Under the pieces are notes generated by a model that ran no database searches, was not told where the DNA came from, and worked only from the letters and a program-made list of their open reading frames with translations. DNA of 64,000 nucleotides from Lama guanicoe (lineage: Eukaryota), in the NCBI GenBank assembly GCA_013239625.1, contig MU054338.1, forward strand, positions 6,116,724 to 6,180,723, written 5' to 3'. Below are positions 40,691 through 58,524 of the stretch, one piece after another (positions within the stretch are counted from its first letter, which is position 1; every line of letters starts with the position of its first letter). A program made the position numbers and the translations under genes.

Positions 40691-42488
40691 CTAGGAGAGG
40701 AGAGGCCGGTCAGTCCTGAGCCTTTGGATGGACTGGGAAAGGCAGGGGCTTTCCAATTCTCATGTGTCTGCCTGGCCATTCTGCCAGCTGCAAGGGCCAG
40801 CAGCTCAGGAACAAGACCGGGAGCCTGTGCCAGGTTGATTTCAGCCTGCACAAGTGTCATTTTCTACCTTAACTGGGATTTCACAGATGTTTGGAAAGAA
40901 AGCAGTTTTAGAGGGCCACCCAGGGTGTTATATTCCCAAGCAGCTCCTGTCACGGCTGCACAGGCCCCCTGGCCTACCCTAGGAGGGCCCTGAGCCCGGC
41001 AGGGCCATGTCACGGCAAGGGCAATATTTACAGAATGGCGCCAAAGCTGGGTGATATGTTGATGCCTGGAGGCCCTGCCATTTCCTTGTCATGAAGCCTT
41101 GGCTCCACCTCTGTGAGCCTTAGGATTCGCTCTGCAGACACGAGCCACCCCTCGTGGTTAGTGTACATGTGAGAGGAGTGAATGGGCGTTGGGCACTCAG
41201 CCCAGGGCCCGGTGTGGAGCAAGCTCCAATAAAGCGGTAGGCATGTCTGCCAACGCTATTTGTACTGTCGTGCTCGGCGCAGAACCAGAAGGTCTCCTGT
41301 GGAATCCAGTGCCTGGGGCCGACCTCGAGATCTGCACCCAATGGGGGTGGCAGAGGCCACACCTGGCAGGAACAGGTGTGCCTTGCATCCATGGTTCAGC
41401 CACCCCCCTCACCCCGAGCTTTGCCTACGTAATTCCTGGCGGGGCCAGTACCCAGTGACACAACCCTGCCCTAGAGTGAGCTTCATGACCTCGGATGCAC
41501 CCTAGCGTGGGGGAGGTCAGGGCTCCACGGGGGTCTCTACCCACTGTCTGCCTGTTGCTGGGGGAAGCAGACTCCAGCCACCTCTCAGGAAACAGGCCCA
41601 TCACCGAGGGCCGGGTGGGAACTGCTCCCCAGGCTGACAGCAAGGGCTGCTCGCAACCACTTGGGCACCCATCTAGCAGGTGGGCTTCCACCTATACAGT
41701 GAAAACCAGTGCTGCCAGGCTGCGGGGAGGGGCCCGCTCGCACAGCAAATAGGAGAGGAAGCTGGGGCAGCCTGATGGGGGACACTTTGGCAGAACCAAC
41801 CAGAAAGTAAAGGGGACGCGCCCCTGGGCCGAGCAATCACACCCCTCAGGCTTGACCTGGCCAAGAACAAGAGGATTCTGAGGGGACAGTGGTCACGCCG
41901 AAATCAGAACACTCAGACACTTGCCAACTGGGGATTGAGTTACAAGTCCTGGGGCCGCCACACACCAGGACAGCCCAGCTGACACGGCTGGGGAGAGTCC
42001 AGTGTGCTCACCTGCGGACATGAGCGCACCGGCGGCCAGAGGGGAGACATGTGCTAGCACACGCAGTGCTCGTGCCGAGGTCAGACCCCATGTGTGCACA
42101 CGGGGGAGGCTGGCATACACTCAGAGAAGAGCAGGGCTGGTGAGGAAGGGGAAAGGGACTCTACTTTTTTACTTTGAGCTTTCGATATTTACATTGGAAA
42201 AAAATACTGCTTTTATAACGAAACACAGGAAAAAGTTAAATACTTTATAAGCGCTGTATCTATAAAATACCACAGCCCTGTTATCTACTAGCAAGGAGCC
42301 CCATGTGGGGCACACGGATAAGAAACAAGAACAGCGGCACACACAGCGCACAAAGCACGTCCTAAGTGTTGCTTTAAGAAGCGCCGGTGCGGAGCTTGAC
42401 TAGACCACGGTCTGGAAGGACGTGCAGTGATGGACGAGTGCCCCAAGCTGTCAGGACCGTGGCGTTTTCCACACTACTTATGCATTTA

Positions 42489-42989
<501 letters not shown>

Positions 42990-45332
42990 TCAGAGAGCAG
43001 GGACAGTACCACACACATCCTACTCGGGCCACCTGAGCCACGACCACGCTCGTTCAACACGAGGCTCTGAGCTGCAACTAGCCGGTAACTCAGACTGATG
43101 GTGACACTACTGACTGCCCTCCTCCCACCCCAGGAGTCCGACGGGCCTAGGGTGTCTCCTCTGCATAAACCGGGGCTGCTGTGGGATAAAATGGCGGGGC
43201 TGAAGCACAGTGAGTGCCTGCCCAGCTGTCCAGGGGGTGGCAGGAGACACCACCGATACGCTGTAAACACTGTAGCCCCCAAAACCCACCAGGGGTCTCC
43301 AGGTGGGCAGACAGTGCTGCTATGGTAATGAGCAACTGGTCAGAGGGCTGGTGCCCACTCACAGAGGGAACTGTCCACAGGGGAGCACACAGGCATCCCA
43401 TAATGGGGACATGTCTTCCTCTCAAGGAGCCACATAACTCTCATGTGATGGCCCAAGACATGATCCTCAGCATCGTGAGCCTCACAGGGACATCTAAGCA
43501 CCTCAGGCCACCGCCAGCTCAGAGCAAAGGTGCCTCTGGCAAAACCAGGTGTCATTTCTGGTGATGAAATGAGAATCAGATGCCTCCAGCTGTCGCCTAC
43601 ACATCGCAATGGAGAAAGTGGAGGCCGGGGCTCCAGATGTGCCCACGGCTGCCCCAGTTCCGGGCGGGGCTGAGGCCTTGGGCAGGGCTGCGGCAGATGG
43701 AGGGGTCTTTGCTGCTCTTTTCCAGGGTTTTTTTGCCCACGTAACAGTGACCACTCGAGGTTCTAGAGATGCAGTCATAACTGAGCCCAAGTCCTCAACC
43801 TTACAGAGAGGACTCTCAAAATGGAGAAAAGGGAAAAAGGGGACAAATGGATGAGTGCAGGGGTGGGTGGAAATACACTTTCTGCACCGGGCCTCTCCTC
43901 TAAGGGTCAGGAGGGTGACAGACAAGGAGCAGCACTCACAAAGGCTAAGGCACTGAAAATGGAGAGGCTGCTGGAGAGGCCAGAGCACAGGGTGGGGGCA
44001 AGGGGAACCCGGCCGCATGGGCCTTGGCAGGGGGAGCGGCTTTTAGTCTCCAAGCCACACGCAGCATCTGAAGGAAGCGGGGTGAAGGAGGACACACGAC
44101 CAGAGCTGTCTGTAAACACTGCCCTGGACAGAATTCCAAGAACAGGCTGAAGGAAGGTAAGACATGTTCGGAGTAGGGGTGAGGAGGGCAGAAACCGACG
44201 GACAGATCAGCCCAGCAACCACAGGTCCACACTCTGAGAAACCACAGTTCCAGAAGATGCACAGTGAAAGACAAAACGGAGGCAAAGAGTTTTAGGGTGT
44301 CCAGCCATAGAAACGCACGTGGCAACACTTGCGGCAATGAGCTCATAGCTCAGATGAAGGCTCTGAGAAGTGTGGTTTACCCCACACTTTTGAACTGTGT
44401 TTACCCTAGGGGCTCCCAAATCCATTTTTCTCGAGAGCCCCATTCGCTCCATCTGAAAGAAGGCGGGGGACTCCCTTGAGGGACTTCCTGAGCAGCAGAT
44501 GTGTCAGACCATGGGTCCTGCACTCTGTCAGCACCTCACCCAGCCCCCCCGCCCCGGAGCTCCCACATGCCGGGAACAAGGCAGAAACAGGGCTTCCTAT
44601 GAGCACATGGGGTCATGGTTGAATGCTGTTCCCAGGGGAATATAGCCTCTATCACTCTGTTTCCCTCCCTCCCTCTTTCTCTTTCCTGCTACTTTCTGGG
44701 CTCCAGGTTCCAGCACATAAAGGCGTGATTACAGCTCCAGGCCTGATTGGCAACAGCTCCAGAGCCACCCGGGCGGTAGAGAGAGGAGCTTAAGGAGAGC
44801 TGGCCCCCAGATCTCGGGGGGGAAAAGACAAGCTGCTTGCCTGTTCAGGATGCTGAGCAGCCAGAAGAAAAGCCAGGAGAGGACACCTGACATTGAAGCC
44901 AAAATGGAGGAAAAAGGAGCCAAGAGCTCCCGAAAAGCCCCTTCAACATCATCTGGGTACCTGGATCCAGCTGTGCCTGAAGCAAGCTAACTCTTGAGGT
45001 TCAAGTACGTGAACATATCAAGAGCTTCCTCCTTATGTCCACAGGATATGGGTTTCTGTCACTTCCAACCAAAACAGTACTGTAGGGTACCCCATAACCA
45101 CTGGACCCAGTGTTAAAGTGCAGGGTCCGTAAGCCTCACAGTCAGGAGAGACAGCCACGATGCTCCCAGGCCCTCCCTCCCAGGGTGTCACTGAGTGTGT
45201 CGCTATGCCCAGTCCCACCTCTAAACCTAGAGTCTCTGGGTTTCACCCTGCCTTGCAAGGGAGGGCACGTTAGCCAGGGGCTTCGGCAGCAGCGGGTAAC
45301 AAAACCTTTAACAAATGTCTCTCCCAGTCTTA

Positions 45333-45596
<264 letters not shown>

Positions 45597-46593
45597 CTAC
45601 CTGAGCTGGCCTGGGCAGGCTGGCCGTCAGGCTCAGGGGCACACAAGTGGCTTCCCCGGCAGACTACGTTCCCCTTGCCCCAAGTTTCAGCAAAGCCATT
45701 TCAACCCAACTAAAATAAACTCATGCCACCCTTGGTCCAGGGTGACCTGACCAACTCTGATACTTTTAAGAATGAAAGGAGGTGGTGTTGGTAAAGATGA
45801 CAGAACAACAGGCGTGGACAGGGCTGCCCTGGGAAGCCGGGCCTTCTGGTAAAGAACCTTCTAGGAGCCAAGGGTCACAGTGGAGAATGCCCACCACACC
45901 ACATGTAGGGCTAAGGGCCCCCACAGTGCCTGTCATTCATTCCCGGTTTACAGACGTGGAAACTGAGGCTGAGGGACAGGGTGATGTGGCTGCTGAAATG
46001 CCGAGGCAAAGACTCAAACCCAGGTCTGTGAGATCCCATTATGCAATTTGATATAAAAAAATCTACACAGTAAAAGAAACTTTTGCTCTTTTATTTGGTG
46101 CCCCCTGCTCTTGAAAACAGTTTACTATCCCAGAAAAATGATGGCGGCTTTAGCTCTAAGAGTGTTTTTAGCAAGGCTGCTTGTAACAGCGAAACCTTGA
46201 GGCAGCATCCACGTCTAACACCAGGGCAGAACAGTGCCCAGGCCGCACTTTATAAACAATACCACAGCCAAAGCAAGATGGGCAGCACCCTATATAGAAA
46301 GTAACTCTCTGTTGCCAGGCAGAGTTTCAGCTCAGAGTGGTTAAGAAAGCTGTCATGGGTCACGGAGCCCAGAGGTGGAAGAGTGGGGCCTGGAAGCCAG
46401 GTCTTGTCAACTCTCAAAGTGGAGAATTTTTATTCTCTTCTATGTCTATGTTCATCTATGTTTTCTAAATTTTCTGCCACGAATATACTGCCTTTAAACT
46501 TGAACAAATGTAACAACAGTGATAAGGCCAATCAGAGAGAAACCCCTGCACACTGACCATCTGCCCACCCCATGAAGCCAGGAAAACTCTCAC

Positions 46594-46640
46594 CCTTGGA
46601 CGATGCCGCCGGTAAATCCCAAGTGCTCGGAAAAGGACTC
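46594..46640 (-). CDS. SMARCA4: SMARCA4 exon ~23 (ESFSEHLGFTGGIVQG)
   Basis: 47 nt, AG/GTGAG boundaries; its phase links the neighbouring exons. Confidence 0.94.
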
Positions 46641-47421
46641 CTGCAAGTGGAATGAGAGGCGGGTCAGCGGGGGCAGGAACAGGCAGCCGGGACCCACGCC
46701 TCTGAGCCCTTCGGCCGGTGCTCAGCAACTGCCCACGATGACCCTGAGGCCACAAACAGATTCTGAACGTGGTTTTTGTATCCTGCCGACATCCCTTCTC
46801 TCACAACAGAACACTCTTAGCCACCAAAAGGAGTGTACAAGGACAGTAGGCCCCCGAGACCCTCCTCGGAGCCCTGAATGGAATTCCGGGGGCGTCAGGG
46901 CACTTGCAATGACTCTGAAACTTCAAAGTATGTGGACGTATGTGTGCTTTTCAGAAGCAAGAATTCAGACTCATATTAAGGGGCACTGTGGCCCAGAAAG
47001 GTTCTGGCCAGAGTCATCATGAAGAGGGACACTGCTCTCAATGCTCCAAGTGGGAGAGGCTAGTAGCCAAAGAGCAGCGGAAGCTCGAGCCCAGCAGGGT
47101 GGGAAAGGACCCCAGAGGACAGCCCTGAGGGGGGCTGCCGTCTCTCGCGTACTTCTCTACACCATCTGGATTCTGTACAATAAGCATTTACAAAAAGGAA
47201 ATCAATAAAAAGACAAATGCACAGGCGGCACCCACCCTAGATATCACAAACTCTTCCTCTTCACACTTGACTTTAGCCAAAGGGCCGAGAAGCAATACAA
47301 ACTCCTCCTCTTTAAAGTTTCAGAAAGACACAACCAAGCTCTGCCCAGGGGCTCAGCACAGACACACGACTCGGAGAGCAGGGCCTGGTGCTGGGCTGAG
47401 GCCCACGAGCTCCGGGTGCTA

Positions 47422-48177
<756 letters not shown>

Positions 48178-48468
48178 CTAACATCACCCCAACTTCATGC
48201 AGTAACAAGATAAAGCCATGGCTGCCGAGGCAGCTCTTCCCCAGCTGGGAAGGTGGGACTCACTAGAACGCCAGCTGCTGGGGTCCCTGCTGGGCCCCAC
48301 GCTGATGACTGGTGCACCCTGGGGGCCACCACTTCATGAAGTGAGGACCCCAGACAGTGTGGACTGGGAGGCTCTTGGGGGACTCCCTGGAAATGGGCCA
48401 TCAGCCCCTGTTCTATTAGCCCTACAGACTGGACTTGCTCACACCAGCCATGATTTAAACCAGGGCTA

Positions 48469-49077
<609 letters not shown>

Positions 49078-49346
49078 TCACAGCCTCCAAGCTGCTCCCC
49101 CTCAACCTACCATGTGGTCAGGCAGAACCTGCCCAGGCACCTGGCCCACGGACAGCAGGTGGGACTTAGTGCTCTAACCGAGCACACCTGCCTTTGCTTT
49201 AGAGGCCCAGTGGTGGGTAAGTGGCAGTCCCCAGGCCGGACAGACCCTTAAATGCTGAGGTAAGACCAGGGCCAGGCCTGGGACCAGGAAAGCCAGCTGA
49301 CAGGGCCCATCTCATGGAGACCCCTGTGTGATGCCTCTCCCACTCA

Positions 49347-49607
<261 letters not shown>

Positions 49608-50524
49608 TTAAGCTTTATGGGAGCTTGGCAGGGCACTCTTTCCCTTTGGAAAACTGCAAAGATCAGGGACCTTCGGTGGAAGTGCTGGGACATGGAAGCG
49701 AGGGCCCCTGTGGACTAAAACATGGCAGCACACAGTGTCACTTCCCCAAGAGCATAACAAACTCGGTGTCAGAAACCCGCCAACATGTCCAAACTAAAGT
49801 TAGATGGCACCGCCTGGGCCACGTTTATGGAGCATTTGGTATAATGCGGGTTGTTCTCATGGAGGGCTCTGTCACCAGGAGCCCAAATCCACTGTCGCCT
49901 CAGCCTGGGTGGGACCGAGGGAAAGAAATGCTGCTCTCCCTGGGGGCCTGCTACTCTGATAAGACGCTGAATTAAAAAAAAAAATTTAAAGTGAAAAATA
50001 AGATGACATCTGATCTTTTCTTCCTCTTTGGCTTTTATTCAACTTGAAAATTAGTGAAACCAGAGCATTTATTCCTCAGCTCCTGGGATGGGATCCTGGG
50101 AGTATGAAAACTGGGGTCTCCTTTATCATGAGGCTCTCGGAAAGGCTTCAGTCCCTCCTTCAGGAGGGCTTCTGCCTCAAACAGCACCAAGGAGGGGGAG
50201 CTCGTGGCTGAGGACGACAGCAGCCCCTCTGTCAGGGCATGGCGGCCCCGCGGCCCCAGACGCGGCTGCAGGGGCAGAGATGCGCCTCAACCCTGCAGTT
50301 GTGCCCGCTACCGCAGGCACCAGACTCAGATCTCAATCTTCTTCAACAGAAAACGCAACTGGTCCACAAGCAGACTGACTGTGCCAACCACAGCCATAGA
50401 TCTCAAGGGACACCGGCCACAGGGTTTAAAACAAAACACTTTTTAAAAACTGAAGATACTTAATCTGACCACATCACTCCCTGACTGAAATCTCAGGGTG
50501 AGATCTAAATCCCCTCAAGCACTA

Positions 50525-50977
<453 letters not shown>

Positions 50978-52699
50978 TCAGGACCGTTAGGCAAGAAGGC
51001 TTCGGGCGGAACAGCCCGTTGGTGGAAAATGTGGGTACGACAAAGTCCTCTGACAAGAGACCAGTGCACCGAGTGACAGCCACACACCGCAGCCTCTGTA
51101 AAGTGTGGGGTGAGGATTACACATGGACAGGGAGACATGCCCGTGACCTGCTATTGGGTGAGTAAAGCAGGTGCAGAAAAGGACTTTGGTTTTCCAAGAA
51201 AATTACATATGCTAGTATTTGGCACAGAAAAAAATCCCCCAAACGTGGCCCCTGCAGACCAGAAGCCCTCCAGGGTGGGGTCTCCAGGGGGCGTGGTTCA
51301 GTAACGGACGTGTTTTCCAATCAGCAGGCCGAGGTCCTAACGCAGGAGCAGCACAGGCAGGCCCAGCGAGTGAGCTCCGGGGCCCGGCCACGCCCCAGAG
51401 CCTGTCAGCGGCCACATGCCCAGTGGACACAGGCTAGACGCCAAGTCTAACGGCAAGTGTGAGTCTGCAGGTGGGAGCCGTGGGCATAAATCTCCATTTA
51501 CGTATGACTGTGACCAGTCTCACAGCCACTCTGGCTTTGGCTTCGATCTCCCAGGGACCCAGTGTGGCCTGACTGAAGCAGTGCCTGTCGATATCGCAGA
51601 TGAAAAGGGCAGGACTGACTGGGGGAGGGGCCTAGCAGCCACTGCCCACGAGGAACCCCCATGGAGGGCATTTACGTGAGCCACTGTCAGATAAATGCAG
51701 GATTTTCAGAGCCCTTTCTCATGCTTGGGATGGGCCCGGCTTTGTGCTGGGTCAGAAAGGTGACCCACGGCACAGGCCGGAGGGTAAGAGCCTATACTAT
51801 ACGCTGGATACTAGCTCCTTGGGCCTCAGTTTCCACATCTGCAGCTGGGGATGCATATGAAGCACTAGGTGTCAATATGATGAAGCCCACAGGCATGGTA
51901 ACAGGAGAACATCTGCATCCCTGGGTCAAAAGCTCCCCCACTCGACTCTACTCCCCTGTGTGGTTAGAATAGACACAGCATTTTCTGGCTCAACCCCTTC
52001 CTGAAGCAGGAAGAGAGCTTTTTGAGGACAGGGGATGGTGCCTGTTTTACATCTGGGTCGTCGTACATTGTCAGTAGTTCACTGATGGCCTAATTACAGC
52101 AGCCTGCACAACTCTGTCAGTTAAGAGGCTCCCGGGCCTGCACAGCTCCTCCTGAACATGCCAACCTGGTGGCCCAAGGCCAACAGAATACACAAGGCCT
52201 TGGAGTGCTAGGCCCCGAATGCCGAATCCCACATGCTTCATGGGCTGCTTTCCTGTGCACGGTGGTGGGGAGACACAGCCACCAGGCAGAGGTCAAGAAC
52301 TCTAGAGACAGGTGGAGACACTGCGGGACTGCATCACTGCCTTGCCAGGGTCATGACAGGCAGGACAGGCTGGGTGGGAGGCACTAGGTGTGGCCAGGCT
52401 CTCTGGGCAGAAGCCCTGAGAGGAGCTGGTTCACACACTGTGTAAACGGCCCCAGTCTCCAGACATGACGCAGGGCCAGCCCGGGGACAAAGAGGCAAAC
52501 CCAAGGTCACCTTGACCGGGGTCTTTCACACACATGGAGTAGCTGTCTTTTACACACGTGCAGGGGAATCACTGAAAAATGATCTGCAGGGATTTGAGAA
52601 GAAGGGGGACGCGACACACACGACAATCCTGGGCAGGATCGGGGCTCCCTGAAAGCACGTGACGCCCAGGCTGGCTGCTTTTTACAGGCAACACGCTAC

Positions 52700-52810
52700 C
52701 TTCGCGAGGATGTGCTTATCCTTAATGATGTACTCGTATGTCGTGAGCAAGACATTGAACTTGCCACTCCGGAGCTGGGGGACGAAAGCACGTCTGGCTG
52801 CCGGAGAGCC
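52700..52810 (-). CDS. SMARCA4: SMARCA4 exon ~18 ([37 protein letters not shown])
   Basis: 111 nt, AG/GT boundaries. Confidence 0.96.
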
Positions 52811-53825
52811 CTGTGAGGGAGAGAAGGTGCACATCTTAGCCTCCCAGAGTTACGGGCAGGTCGCGGCCCATCCTCCAACTCCGCGTGCAGAACGCCAACT
52901 GCAGGCAGCGGAGAGAGGGTGGGCACTGCACTGCCCAGGCCCCTGGGGACTTGTCGCCTGCACCTCTACCCGCCCCACTTCTCGTGTTCAACCAGCTCAG
53001 CTTCCCAGGCCCTCCTCTTTCTGGTCCCCACCTAGGCCTCCATTCCGGAAAGCGGGGCCTCCCCCTCAGTAACTCCCACATGAGTGCAGGCCGCTGTGAT
53101 CGCTCCCTAATGGCAGCTCTGGCCTCTCCCCTATTAGCAAACCTGCTGGACCCTCCCCGTTCCAAGATCCAGACCCACGTGACCAAGGCCCCACATTCCA
53201 AACAGAATGAGCTTCACTCATTTCCCTAAACTCTTGCCAGCAGAACGACTTTTAGCTCCTCAAATGTGCCAAGTTCTCCCCACACAAGCTGCTCCCTCTG
53301 CCGAGACCCTCAGAGCATAGGGTGCCGAGCCTGGACCTGGGAGCCCAGCGGCCACAGGCACAATCTTGCTCTGCTACTAAGTGGCTGCGTGAGGCCGTCC
53401 TTGTCTCAGTTTCTCCATGAAGACCAGAGGCACAATGAGTCCCCACTTGACGGGGTACGGCACTCGGAGCAGGCCATGTCCTGGTGTCCCCTGTCACTCA
53501 GCAGCCTACGGTTTGCACTCACTAAGTCATCCTACATGAACAGGCTGTAACCAAAACTCAGTGAGAACAATGAAACCTTTCAGTGAATGCATTAATGTCA
53601 CCATATTCCACAAACCGAGGCCGTAACGTCACTTAACAAGGAGGCATTACTCCTTGAAATGAAATGACCCGAGCTGCACAGCGACAGCAGGAGCCCACCC
53701 GTGTAACGTGAGAAAACATGCATAGATGCACCGTGTCATTCACACAAGTCCCTCCTCACCCACATGCACCCCCTGCTCTCCTGCCTGCCCCACGTCCACG
53801 CACCCCTCCTCAGGCTGCAACATAC

Positions 53826-53892
53826 CTTGTAGGACACCTTCACCACGGAAGGGGCCCACTTGTCAAACTCGTATGCCCAGTTGGACAGTGTT
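53826..53892 (-). CDS. SMARCA4: SMARCA4 exon ~17 ([22 protein letters not shown])
   Basis: 67 nt, AG/GTATG boundaries. Confidence 0.96.
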
Positions 53893-55589
53893 CTGGTGGA
53901 AACAGGGAAGAGACAGTCAGGTTCTGGTTCTGTCATCAGCAGCACTAACACCCACAAGCAAGTGCAGCTGTCGTGGCTGTGACCCTCAGAGCTGGCAGAA
54001 TAACTGACCCGCTGTGAAAGGAGGGGATGGCACCCCGGGTGGCAGACACGGGGACACACAGAGGTGTGGTCAGCAGCCGCTGGGGTGGGAGGAGCCTGGA
54101 TTGGCCTGGGCTGGAGTGAGGCAGCCGGAGAGGGCCAGGCCCAGGACCTGGACCTTGGAGACCAGTCCTCTGTCACCTCTGTGCGGTCATAGGCCCCTAT
54201 GAGAATACACCATATGCTTTGGACCTGGAAAAATGCATACTTAGAGGGCCTTATTTCAGGTTCAGAACACTGGGATTATGCTGTGGAGGCCTGGGACTAG
54301 AGGAGACGCCACAGGGTCTTGGTGCCACCTCAAAATGAAAACGGTAACCACTGAAGGTTCCTGCCCAGTAAGACAGATAAGACCAAGCCAGGCTGGGGCA
54401 GAGGACTGGAGGAGGGAGGGGCAGGGGTGAGGACTCCAGGCCAGGACGAGGGGAGAAAGAGAGGCAGGCAGTGACCCGACATGGGGGCGGGTGAGGGACA
54501 AGTCACACCGGACTATGAGACAGGGGGTCTGTAAAGCAGGGCTCAAAGGTCAAGTGGCAGAGACTGCTGGTGACACACACAGCTCCTCCCTCCAAGAAGC
54601 TCCACAGAGGATAGTGCTGTGTCCGCACTGACCCACCCCCCCCACCCAAGCACCCAGGGTCAACCAGGTGGACACAATCTCAGCCAATGAGATGGAAGCT
54701 CAAGCCTCTGGGCTGTATGTCGAGGACAACTCTTGAAGGAGGATAGGGTGGGGAAGGGGGAGACTCAGCTGTGATACGCTCCGGTGGCCCGTGGCCCTGC
54801 CCGTCATGCTTGGAACTCAGAGAAGATGATGGCGACAATGCAGCCATCTTACAACCATGAGGTAAAAGCTCAGGCAGGAGTCACACACTCAGGATGACTG
54901 AGCAGAAAACTGCAGGAGCCTGGGTCCCCCTGGGCCCCCGGCTGCTTGAAGCACCGGGCCAGCCTCAGATCACCTATTTCAGTCACTGAGGTCTGGTTCC
55001 TACTATAGGGAACCATGGGGAACGGTTGGGGCTAAAGCCTGAGGTGGGGGGGCACGTGCGCAGGAGGAGCAAGGAGACAGGTGAGTCAGAGGTCGGGAGG
55101 GAGGCAGGACAAGCAAACTCAAGGCGGAGAGCAGCACGTCCCAACAGGCGGATGGGACAGCTGGCCACTCGCAGTCGGAAAACCCTCCCCAGGGCACAGG
55201 TGGCTCTTCCGGCCTGAAGGAGGTGACACTGCACAGACTGGACCCCCGTCTGGGCCGGACGTGGGTGTGAAAAGGCTGAAGATGAACACATGGCATAACC
55301 TCACTGAAAGGAATGGGGAGAGAAGCCAGCTGAAATAACCCTGGGAGAAGACGTTCTGACGAGAAACACTAAGTCTACAGGCAACAGGAACTGGATCTGA
55401 ACCCTGTTCTCTGGTTGGAAATGCTGCCTCTCACGAGAGAAGTATTCTGAAGGCGCTGCGCACGCACACTGGGCAAGAAGGGCTGGAACGAGCCCTGTGG
55501 TCCCAGATAAGTCAGAGCCAGCAGGACGGTCGTGCGCAGCTTCACACAGACACAGAGGAACGGGGGCCAGAGCACTTCCACAGACTTCC

Positions 55590-57460
55590 TAGCACTGCAC
55601 AGGGCGCACCCAGCACCCAGCCCTGGTTCCTAAGATCAGTCTCTAATAAGAGAAACCAGGGCTTCTTGGAGAAATGGCTGTTTCTAGGCCTGGGCGGGAA
55701 ATGAACATGCTGAGCCTGGAGCACCTTTCGGTGCCAAAAAGCAAAGACATGCTCAAAAATAGCCCACAATGATAGGGGCACATCGAAGGGACGGAGTAGT
55801 CACTGAGAGAGCTCCCGAGGGCCAAGGCTGGAATGATTTGAGCAACAAAATAAACTAGCACTGGAGTTTATAAAATAAATATCCACTGAGGCCACACTGA
55901 CATAAACAACCAGATACATTAACAACTAAGGGAGGAGAAATCTCCCACACAAAAAAATTCCAAATGACTTATGAGGTGATTTCCCCTTCAACGTGGCTCT
56001 TAACTGCCCACTTGTTATCTGTGGGCTGAACTTAGAGACTTTTCCCCAGAATACAGTATGGAAGAGGGAATAAAAGAGTGACCCCACAGTGGAGACGCCT
56101 GACACACACCACCTCAGCCAGGTGATCAAGGCCAACCTCAAGAGTGAAAAGTCACGTTGACAGTAACTTCCCTGGACGTGAGGTGATGAGAAGGGCCCTT
56201 CACCCCCAGCCTTCGTCCCCAAACCCATTGTCCCGTCCAAGGATGAGAAAGTCACCAGACAGAACCAGACAGAGGCACAGCCTACAAAACACCTGATCAG
56301 TTCTCCTCAAAACCATTAAGGTCACCAAAAATATGGAAAGTCTGAGGAATGGTCACAGACCAGAGAAGGCAAAGTAGACGGGAAGACTAAATGTCTTATG
56401 GGATGCTGGAACTGAAAACAGAAATTAGGGAAAAATGAGTGAAATCGAAATGAAGTTAATAGCCATGTGTTTAGTTCCTAGTAACGTGCCAGGGCTGAGT
56501 CCTTAGCTGTGACCAACGTAACACGGTCATGTAAGATGCTGTCAACCACTGAGGGAACCATGGGAGCTCTATGCCCTCCCTTTCAACTTTCCTGGAGATC
56601 TAACACTATTCTAAAGCACACAACCAATGACAGGGATGTGCTGATAGGACTCAGGAACCAAACTGAAGCATCTTTCCAGGCCAAGTCTGGGAGAATTGAA
56701 ACAACGTAAGTAACGATTCTGATGTGAAGAATGATGAACACTTAAGTCCACGGGGAAGAAGAGAAAGCTCTTCCTTATGATGGAATTCCAGCACACAAGG
56801 AAGGAATGGTGGGAGGACCACCTGGCACTTCCCACAGGGATCCTGACCTGACAGACGTGGAAATTACCGGGGAAAGTATAATGAGAAATAGAGTGTTCCC
56901 TTAGTTTCTAAGCACCTTCCCACAAGATACTATAAACTCATTAGGTTTACGTGGGGAAGCCAGCGGGCACCACATCAGGAGGGACTGAAGTGATCCCCTC
57001 TTGTGATGGAGCTCCCTAGGCTTGTGCCTTCTGATGTGAGGCCCCAGGAAGGGAATGGCATCCCTTCCCGGGGTTAATTCTGGAAAGAAGACACATCACA
57101 TGAGCCAATCTGAGGGACAGTCTACTAAATACCCGAGCAGGACTGAGGGGTCAAGATCATGAAGGACAAGGATGGACTGGGGAACTGTCACAGACACGTG
57201 ACAGTAAAAGACAAAGTGGGACTGTGAACCACAAAAAGGCCTTTAGTGGGGAAATCGACATCTCAGTAGGGGCGACAGATTCATTAACAGTGAACAGTGA
57301 TTCATTAAGTCACTGTTACTATCCTGGTGTTGAAACCGTCGTGGGGTTATGTGAGATGTGGGAGGCCGGGTGAAAGGTATATAGGAACACTTTATACCAC
57401 TTTGGCAATTGTTTATAAGTCTGAAGTCATTCCAAAATGACAATTTAAAAATTAAAAATC
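55590..57460 (+). mobile_element. Ancient L1 3'-UTR fragments (L1MC/ME-like)
   Basis: CACCACCTCAGCCAGGTGATCAAGG; GGAACTGTCACAGA; GGTATATAGGAACACTTTATACCAC...TCCAAAAT. Confidence 0.6.
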
Positions 57461-58524
57461 CAGGCTGTAGAACAGCATGCTGGACAGAGCTATTCGGTGG
57501 AGCTGAAGTCACATCCAGGGGCCAAACAGAAGGGAGGGGGCTTGAGCCATAGGCGGTGCTGGGAGACAGAGCCCAGGCAAGGACAGTGGGAAGCCAAGAG
57601 GCCAGCTGGGTCTGACCAGGAGGGAGGGCGAGGCCAGGCCGTCTGTTAGGCCCGGACCTGCTGCTGTGCTATGGAAATAGTTCTTTCTCTGTGAAGATCT
57701 GTTCCTGCCAAGGCAGCCAAATTTCCACCACTACGAGGGATAGAAGGCAGAGGAGGAAATCAACTTGTCCACATAAAGTCTGGGAGGGTTCTGGGACCAC
57801 AAACTGGGTGTGAGGCCTCTGGAGACCTGGACGTCTTACAGGTAGGAGGGGCGTTCTTGTGGGCTTGGGGGAGCAGCAGTCAGCTTCCCATCCTCCCCCC
57901 GACAGCTGACTCAAGGTGGACATGGTACCCGCTGAGCACTGGGCTGAACATGAAGGGGTTGTCCTTGAGGGCCAGGCCAGGTGCACACACAAGAGGCCTG
58001 GCCACATCAGCGCAGACCATCCTCCAGGCCTGTGGCAGGACTGCTGCCTACCATGTGACCTGAACTGTCAATGACAGCCAGTCCTGGGACTTCTGGAAAA
58101 ACCCTGAGCAAGTGTACCATTTCGTGACACACACAGAGCTGGGAAGAGGGATGCCCACGGCGACCTGAGGAATCTTGGCCCCTGGAAGGGTACCTGCTGG
58201 GAGCAAGAGGCCAGCGGCACCAAGGGGTGGTGAGTGGGAGAGCCTCCCAAGGACTCCCCACACCTGAGCTCTGTGTTGCCCGGACTAGGCTGGGAGGTGA
58301 CCAACAGGGCTCAGTGCCCCAGCAGGGAGTGGAAACACGGTTTGCTCAAACAGCTCTACTCTACATTTCTAGTGGGAGGTTGTCCAGCTCCTGTGACAAC
58401 CTTGTGTGGAATCTGCTGGTTGTGGGGCTTGAAGAAGACACCAAGGACACCCTGTGAGCACTGCTCCACAGGGATGATGGCCAGCACGTCATCACCCGCC
58501 CTCCTTCCGCCCTATGCCGACACC

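Noticed and set aside
51105..51114. SRE-like GTGGGGTGAG (similar 9/10 matches at 48183-48192 and 60070-60079)
   Set aside because: Single-mismatch 10-mers occur by chance in 64 kb, and no adjacent Sp1 or NF-Y context was seen.
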